Part shown: positions 59,205-64,000 of the stretch, piece after piece
How positions within the stretch are numbered: position 1 is the stretch's first letter
Layout of the letters: the number at the start of each line of letters is the position of its first letter
NCBI GenBank assembly: GCA_003009755.1
Contig: PXUB01000001.1
Span: 64,001-128,000 of the forward strand
Reading direction: 5' to 3'
DNA: 64,000 bases
DNA from: Thermoplasmatales archaeon SW_10_69_26
GTDB lineage: Archaea > Thermoplasmatota > SW-10-69-26
The notes under the pieces: generated by a model
Told to the model about the DNA's origin: nothing
The model's database searches: none
The model's input: the letters and a program-made list of their open reading frames with translations, nothing else
Position numbers and translations under genes: made by a program

Positions 59205-59697
59205 GCGGGGGTAGCCTAGCCAGGTCATTCGAACGGATCGGAGATCCGTCCTCTCCCGGGATCCGCGCGAGTCGCCGTCGGTTCCCGGGATTCGCACGGA
59301 CCTCGCACCGTCGTCGGTTCGTACTCGCCCGAGAAGGCAAGCTTCTCGGGCATCCGTACGGCCAAGGCCGTACTCGCTCGGAACCGAAACACGGTTCCTC
59401 GCGGAAACCTTGACCTGGAGGCGACCTCCATCGGCACAAGTCTGCGGAGGTAGCCTAGCCAGGTCATTCGTACGAACCGTTCATCCCTGCCGGTTCGTAC
59501 TCGCCCGAGAAGGCAAGCTTCTCGGACAGGAAACCTTGACCTGGCAGGCTCCCTCATTGCCACGAGGTCTGCGGAGGTAGCCTAGCCAGGTCATTCGCAC
59601 GAACCGCGCGATCGCTACCGGTTCGTACTCGCCCGAGAAGACGAGCTTCTCGGGCAGGAAACCTTGACCTGGAAGCTACCTCCATCCCACGGTATCC
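59205..59697 (+). repeat. tandem units starting with the first 23 nt of tRNA-Ser(TGA)
   Basis: GCGGAGGTAGCCTAGCCAGGTCA at 59205, 59444, 59571 (127 bp period to 59698); each unit ends with antisense CCTTGACCTGG...CCTC. Confidence 0.9.
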
Positions 59698-59781
59698 GCG
59701 GAGGTAGCCTAGCCAGGTCAAGGCGCCGGTCTTGAAAACCGGTGGGCCTAGCCCACGGGAGTTCAAATCTCCCCCTCCGCG
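59698..59781 (+). tRNA. tRNA-Ser(TGA)
   Basis: Acceptor GCGGAGG/CCTCCGC, CCGGT CT TGA AA ACCGG, variable arm TGGGC/GCCCA, GGGAG TTCAAAT CTCCC. Confidence 0.95.
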
Positions 59782-59792
59782 CTTCTCCAGGG

Positions 59793-59989
59793 CAAGGCGC
59801 CGGTCCCGCAGGACGCCCGTCAGGGCGTCCGAGGTGCGGACGAACCGACGATTGGAGGGTTCGTCCAGCATTGAAAACCGGTGGGCTTAGCCCACGGGAG
59901 TTCGAATTCCGGGACCGAGCCTGCCGGCGCCTCGGCCCCGCAAGAGCACGGATCTGTGATCCGTGCGAATCTCCCCCTCCGCGCTTCTC
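59793..59989 (+). pseudogene. second tRNA-Ser(TGA) copy (from D-loop to 3' end) with two ~65 nt hairpin insertions
   Basis: CAAGGCGCCGGTC [insert] TTGAAAACCGGTGGGCTTAGCCCACGGGAGTTCGAAT [insert] CTCCCCCTCCGCGCTTCTC. Confidence 0.8.
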
Positions 59990-60028
59990 TTCCCCGACGA
60001 GCCATCTGGCTCTCCAGCCCCCACCCCT

Positions 60029-61553
60029 TCACAACCGCCGTTCGCCCAACCCGTCGACTGCCGGGCCATCAACGACCTCACCTTCGGGCCCGAAGCGGGA
60101 GCCGTGGCACGGTCAGTCGAAGGTCTCGTCGCTGGCGTTCCACTCGACCTCGCAGCCCATGTGTGTACAGATGGCGCTGTTGGCGTGGAGGCCGCCCTCC
60201 TCGTCGCGGTAGGCGGCGACGGGTTCGCCTTCGTAGCGGATGATCTCGCCTTCCCTGGGCTCGAGGTCGATCTCGGTGGCTTTGCCGTAGCGGCGGATGC
60301 GGTCCGCGACGAACTCCTTGGCGGCGTGGGCGTTGTGGGAGAGGACCGAGCTGAGCGAGGTCCCCTGGGCGGGCGGGGTCGAAGGCGGCCAGCTCCTCGG
60401 GCGGGTCGGCAGGGCCTCGGCCAGCATGCGGCCGGCGGCGATCCCGTTCGTCATGCCCCAGCCACCGAACCCCGTCGCGGCGTAGACGTTGTCGGCGCCG
60501 GGACCGACGGGCCCGACGAAGGGCATCTCGTCCAGGGAGACGAAGTCCTGGGTGGACCAGCGGTACTCGATGGTGTCGACGTCGAAGCGCTGGCGGACGG
60601 TCTGTTCGAGCTGCTCGTAGCGGTCGGCTTCGTCGGCTTCGCCGGTCCGGTGGTTCTGCCCGGTGAACAGGACCAACTCCTCCTGGCGGCCGGCTCGCGG
60701 GCGGATCGAGAAGATCGGGGAGGCGTCGTGGTAGTGCGTGCCCTCGGGTTCCTCGCCGTTCAGGCGCGCGGCGAGCACGTAGGATTTCGTCGGGTCGCAC
60801 GCGCGCGAAGTAGCCGGCGCGGTCGACGATCGGGAAGTGCGTGGCGAGGACGACCTGGTCGGCGGTGACCTCGTGGGATTCGGTCTCGATGCGGCAGGGG
60901 TCGCCCTCGTGGACGTCCTTGACGCGGGCTCGCCCGTGCACGGCGTTGGCGCCACCGTTGAGGGCCTCGGCGAGGGCCAGCAGGTAGCGGCGGGGATGGA
61001 ACAGCGCCTGGTCGTCGAAGCGGACGGCTCCCGCGACGTCGACGGGCACTGGCACGTCGTCGACGAAGCGGGCGGGCAGGCCCAGCTCCTGGGCGGCCTC
61101 GACCTCGGCGTGGATCTCGTCGACGCGGTCCTCGTCCTCGACGTAGGTGTAGGCGGGGGCTCGATGGAAGTTGCACGCGACGCCGTCGGTCTCGACGCGG
61201 TCGGCGACGACCTCGATCGCGGCCTCGTTGGCGTCGGCGCAGCGTTGGGCCCTCGTCGGCCCGTGGCGATCGAGCAGCGTGTCGTAGATGAGGCCGTGCT
61301 GGCTCGTGAGCTTGGCGGTCGTGTGGCCGGTGACGCCTTCGAGGATGCGGTTGGCCTCGAGCAGGGCGACGTTGTGGCCGGCCTCGCTGAGCTCGTCGGC
61401 GGCCACGATGCCGGCGACGCCAGCGCCGACGATCGCGGTGTCGACGGCAATGTCGCCGGGGAGGACGGGCGCCCTCGTGCTGGAGGTCTCCTCGATCCAC
61501 AGGGACTCGTGCTCGCTGGGCAGGGTCGCCAGCTTTTCGGGGGCGCGCGCCAT
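60029..61553 (-). pseudogene. FAD-dependent oxidoreductase with C-terminal Rieske domain, disrupted
   Basis: IVGAGVAG, GVTGHTTAKL, ATGFGGWGMTNG, CTHMGC; frameshifts near 60790 and 60400 and TGA in D*PCHGSRF. Confidence 0.85.
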
Positions 61554-61698
61554 GGTTCGCCTGGACCTCGGGGCTCGGGGAGGGAGCCCAGGGGTAAGCG
61601 AGGTGTCCAGCGCGGCCTGACCGCAGGCAACGGAGCCTTGGTCGCCAAGCGCGGGCGAGCCCGAAGGCCCTTGACAACCGTCGGGCCTGCCGGGATCG

Positions 61699-61977
61699 AT
61701 GCACGCCGAGTTCCTCGCACGCCGGGAAGAGGGTTGGACGTGGTTGGACGATCGCGTGCCGGTCGAGGCGGCCTTCGACGAGGTTGGCGCAGCGGTGGAC
61801 GCCGGGATCGAGGCGATGGAGGTCGAGGTCGAGGAGGATCGGCTCAGCCGGCAGGAGGCGGCCGAGCTGGCGGCCGATGCTCGCTTCGAGCTGGGCAGCA
61901 ACGAGCACCATCTCGGCGGGCAGGACTCGGCCGCGATCGAGGCGTTGGCAGCCTTCGAGGACGAGCTGCGGGCCTGA
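61699..61977 (+). CDS. hypothetical acidic protein
   Basis: 92 aa ORF with typical composition. Confidence 0.5.
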   Translation: MHAEFLARREEGWTWLDDRVPVEAAFDEVGAAVDAGIEAMEVEVEEDRLSRQEAAELAADARFELGSNEHHLGGQDSAAIEALAAFEDELRA

Positions 61978-62060
61978 CTCCACGGCCGGACGTGATCGGG
62001 GGACCCTCTCGTCGCCCTCGGGAGGGGAAACCGCGGAGCCCAGAGGATGGCCCATCCCGT

Positions 62061-62183
62061 GTCGGCCGCTGAGATCTCGCCGGTTCGGACGATCTCAGGC
62101 ACGCCCGACTCTCTGCTTCGGGCAGTGTCCGTCGACAACCCTCGAGGGTTGCCTTGCTCGGCCTCCGCGAGCCTGACACGCTG
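62061..62183. repeat. dispersed ~125 bp structured repeat, inverted copy
   Basis: Reverse complement of 1374-1497. Confidence 0.8.
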
Positions 62184-62277
62184 CCTCGCAGGAGCCCGCC
62201 GGGGCTCGCAGGCTCGGGAGACCGTACCTTGTCTCCCGAGACCGGCGCGAGCGGTTCGGCAACCCCCGTCCGGCAGG

Positions 62278-63432
62278 CTAGCCGTCCGTGCGGAACGTCA
62301 GCTCGTCGGCGAGCTTGCTCGCGCGGTTCAGAAGGCGGTCGACGACGGCTTCCTGCGGGCCGCTGATCGTGAAGTGCCCCATCTTGCGGAGCGGGCGGAC
62401 CTCGCGTTTGCCGTACCAGTGCATCGCGGCTCGGTCGCTGGCGAGCACGGCCTCCGAGCCCTGGAGGTTGGCCGGCTGGGGTTCGTCGACGTCGCCGAGG
62501 ATGTTGGCGGAGACGGTGGGGGCGCGCAGCTCGGTCGAGCCCGTCGGGGCGCCGAGCACGGCGCGGACGTGTTGCTCGAACTGGCTGGTCGAGGCGCCCT
62601 CGATCGTCCAGTGGCCGCTGTTGTGGGGGCGGGGCGCGATCTCGTTGAGGAGGATCTCGCCCTCGCGCTCGAACAGCTCGATGCCGTACACGCCGCGGCC
62701 CTCGAGCTCGTCGAGGACGTCCACGGCGACCTCGCGGGCCTGCTCGCGGATGTCCTGCCGGGTCCGGGCGGGCGAGACGGTGCGGCGCAGGATCTCTTCC
62801 TCGTGGATCGTCTCGGTGACGGGGAAGGCGTCGATCTCCTCGCGTCCGACGCAGCCGATGACGGACAGCTCGCGGTCGAAGTCGACGAAGGCTTCGACCA
62901 TCGCGTCGCCGCCGACGGCCGCGAAGGCCGCCTCGACGTCGTCGGGGCCGTGGATCGGCGCGTTGCCGCGTCCGTCGTAGCCGCCGGTCCGGGCTTTCAG
63001 CATCGCGGGGTAGCCCAGCTCGTCGAGCGCCGAGCCCAGCTCGTCCACGGAGCCGGCCTCGCGGAACGCGGGGCAGGGGACGCCGGCGGCCCGCATGTGG
63101 CGTTTCTGGACGAGCTTGTCCTCGATCAGGCGCAGCGTGTCCGGCGACGGGTGCACGGGGACGCCGGCCTCGGCGGCGGCCGTCTCGAGCCCATCGGGGT
63201 CGGCCAGTTCGATCTCGAAGGTGAGGGCGTCCGAGCGGTCGGCGAGCTCGGCCAGGGCCTCGGGGTCGTCGAAGTCGGCCACGATCTGGTCGGCCACGCG
63301 CGAGGCGGGCGCCTCGGGCGTGGGGTCGAGCACGACGACGTCGACGCCGAGCGGCGAGGCGGCTTCGCCGAGCATACGGCCCAGCTGGCCGCCACCGACG
63401 ACGCCGAGCGTCTGGCCCTCCAGGGCAGGCAT
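62278..63432 (-). CDS. purK: N5-carboxyaminoimidazole ribonucleotide synthase
   Basis: GGGQLGRM, DKLVQK, GGYDGRGN, NEIAPRPHNSGH, SQFEQHVRA, YGK..RPLRKMGH. Confidence 0.96.
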   Translation of the reverse strand: MPALEGQTLGVVGGGQLGRMLGEAASPLGVDVVVLDPTPEAPASRVADQIVADFDDPEALAELADRSDALTFEIELADPDGLETAAAEAGVPVHPSPDTLRLIEDKLVQKRHMRAAGVPCPAFREAGSVDELGSALDELGYPAMLKARTGGYDGRGNAPIHGPDDVEAAFAAVGGDAMVEAFVDFDRELSVIGCVGREEIDAFPVTETIHEEEILRRTVSPARTRQDIREQAREVAVDVLDELEGRGVYGIELFEREGEILLNEIAPRPHNSGHWTIEGASTSQFEQHVRAVLGAPTGSTELRAPTVSANILGDVDEPQPANLQGSEAVLASDRAAMHWYGKREVRPLRKMGHFTISGPQEAVVDRLLNRASKLADELTFRTDG

Positions 63433-63484
63433 GGGCGTCGATGAACGCGGTCCCCTTATCAACGTAGCGGGAGGGCGGAGAGCG

Positions 63485-63646
63485 GCTGTCTCGTTAAGCA
63501 GGGGCCGCGAAGGACACGAAGGATCGCCGAGGCCACGAAGGGCCTGTGACTCGCCGCCGGGCGGCGTTGTCACGGCAGCTGCTCCCCGTTGTGCCCTGGC
63601 GTCCCCTCGCGTACTTGGTGGTCCCCCCGTTTCTTATCCTTGCAGC
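63485..63646. mobile_element. ~163 bp MITE-like palindromic element, copy 2
   Basis: Near-identical to 20830-20992. Confidence 0.7.
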
Positions 63647-63729
63647 GCGGGGCGGAGAGCAGGGGATGGCGGGGAGCCCTCACACAGAGGCACGGAGGCA
63701 CAGAGGATGCGGAGAGTCGGAGGGCACGC

Positions 63730-64000
63730 TCAGGCCTCCTGGCTCGTGGGGTATGGCAGCTCGAGATCGGCCAGCACGTTCTCGATCTCGTCGCGGTCGT
63801 CCTCGAGCCAGGGCGGCAGGACGAGGCGTTCGCCGAGGCTCTCGAGCGGTTCGTCGGCGGTGAAGCCGGGCTCCTCGGTGGCGAGCTCGAACAGGACGCC
63901 GCCGGGTTCGCGGAAGTACACCGACCTGAACCAGAACCGGTCGATGACGTCGGTGGGGTTGAGGCCGTGGTCGGCGACGGCCTCGCGCAGGCGCTTCTCG
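63730..64000 (-). CDS. ring-cleaving dioxygenase / VOC family (MhqO-like), 5' part outside window
   Basis: [28 protein letters not shown]...LGE.L.LPPWLE. Confidence 0.9.
   Translation of the reverse strand, partial: EKRLREAVADHGLNPTDVIDRFWFRSVYFREPGGVLFELATEEPGFTADEPLESLGERLVLPPWLEDDRDEIENVLADLELPYPTSQEA

Noticed and set aside
59205-59720. CRISPR array (23 nt repeats at regular spacing)
   Set aside because: Repeats are tRNA 5' ends, the ~104 nt intervals are homologous to each other, and no cas genes are in the window
60029-61553. Programmed recoding or selenocysteine at TGA in the Rieske motif
   Set aside because: The gene also has multiple frameshifts, so ordinary pseudogenisation is simpler

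Overview
High-GC (roughly 70%) archaeal chromosome segment with a strongly acidic proteome. PCNA, Nop5, fibrillarin, PolB2 and an intron-containing tRNA-Tyr mark it as archaeal; it looks like a halophilic Thermoplasmatota-type genome, which is an inference. Housekeeping genes (pcn, icd, purF, pyrD, purK, nop5/flpA, four tRNAs) alternate with accessory regions. At 6.4-14.2 kb, two paralogous beta-helix surface-protein genes bracket a HEPN/MNT pair and the RadA-like/small-protein/PolB2 cassette. At 43.6-59.0 kb, two tandem islands lie at tRNA-Glu(CTC); the inner one is an integrated rolling-circle-type element (HUH Rep, three unknown genes, a type II R-M system and a frameshifted tyrosine integrase). 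The most unusual signal is that three of the four tRNA loci (Tyr, Glu, Ser-TGA) carry tandem 102-127 bp non-coding units. Each unit is built as tRNA-end copy + interchangeable hairpin modules + antisense tRNA-end copy + linker. A second tRNA-Ser(TGA) copy is interrupted by the same kind of hairpin modules in its anticodon and T loops. Several dispersed MITE-like or structured repeats are also present. All calls are by eye from motifs; no searches were run.
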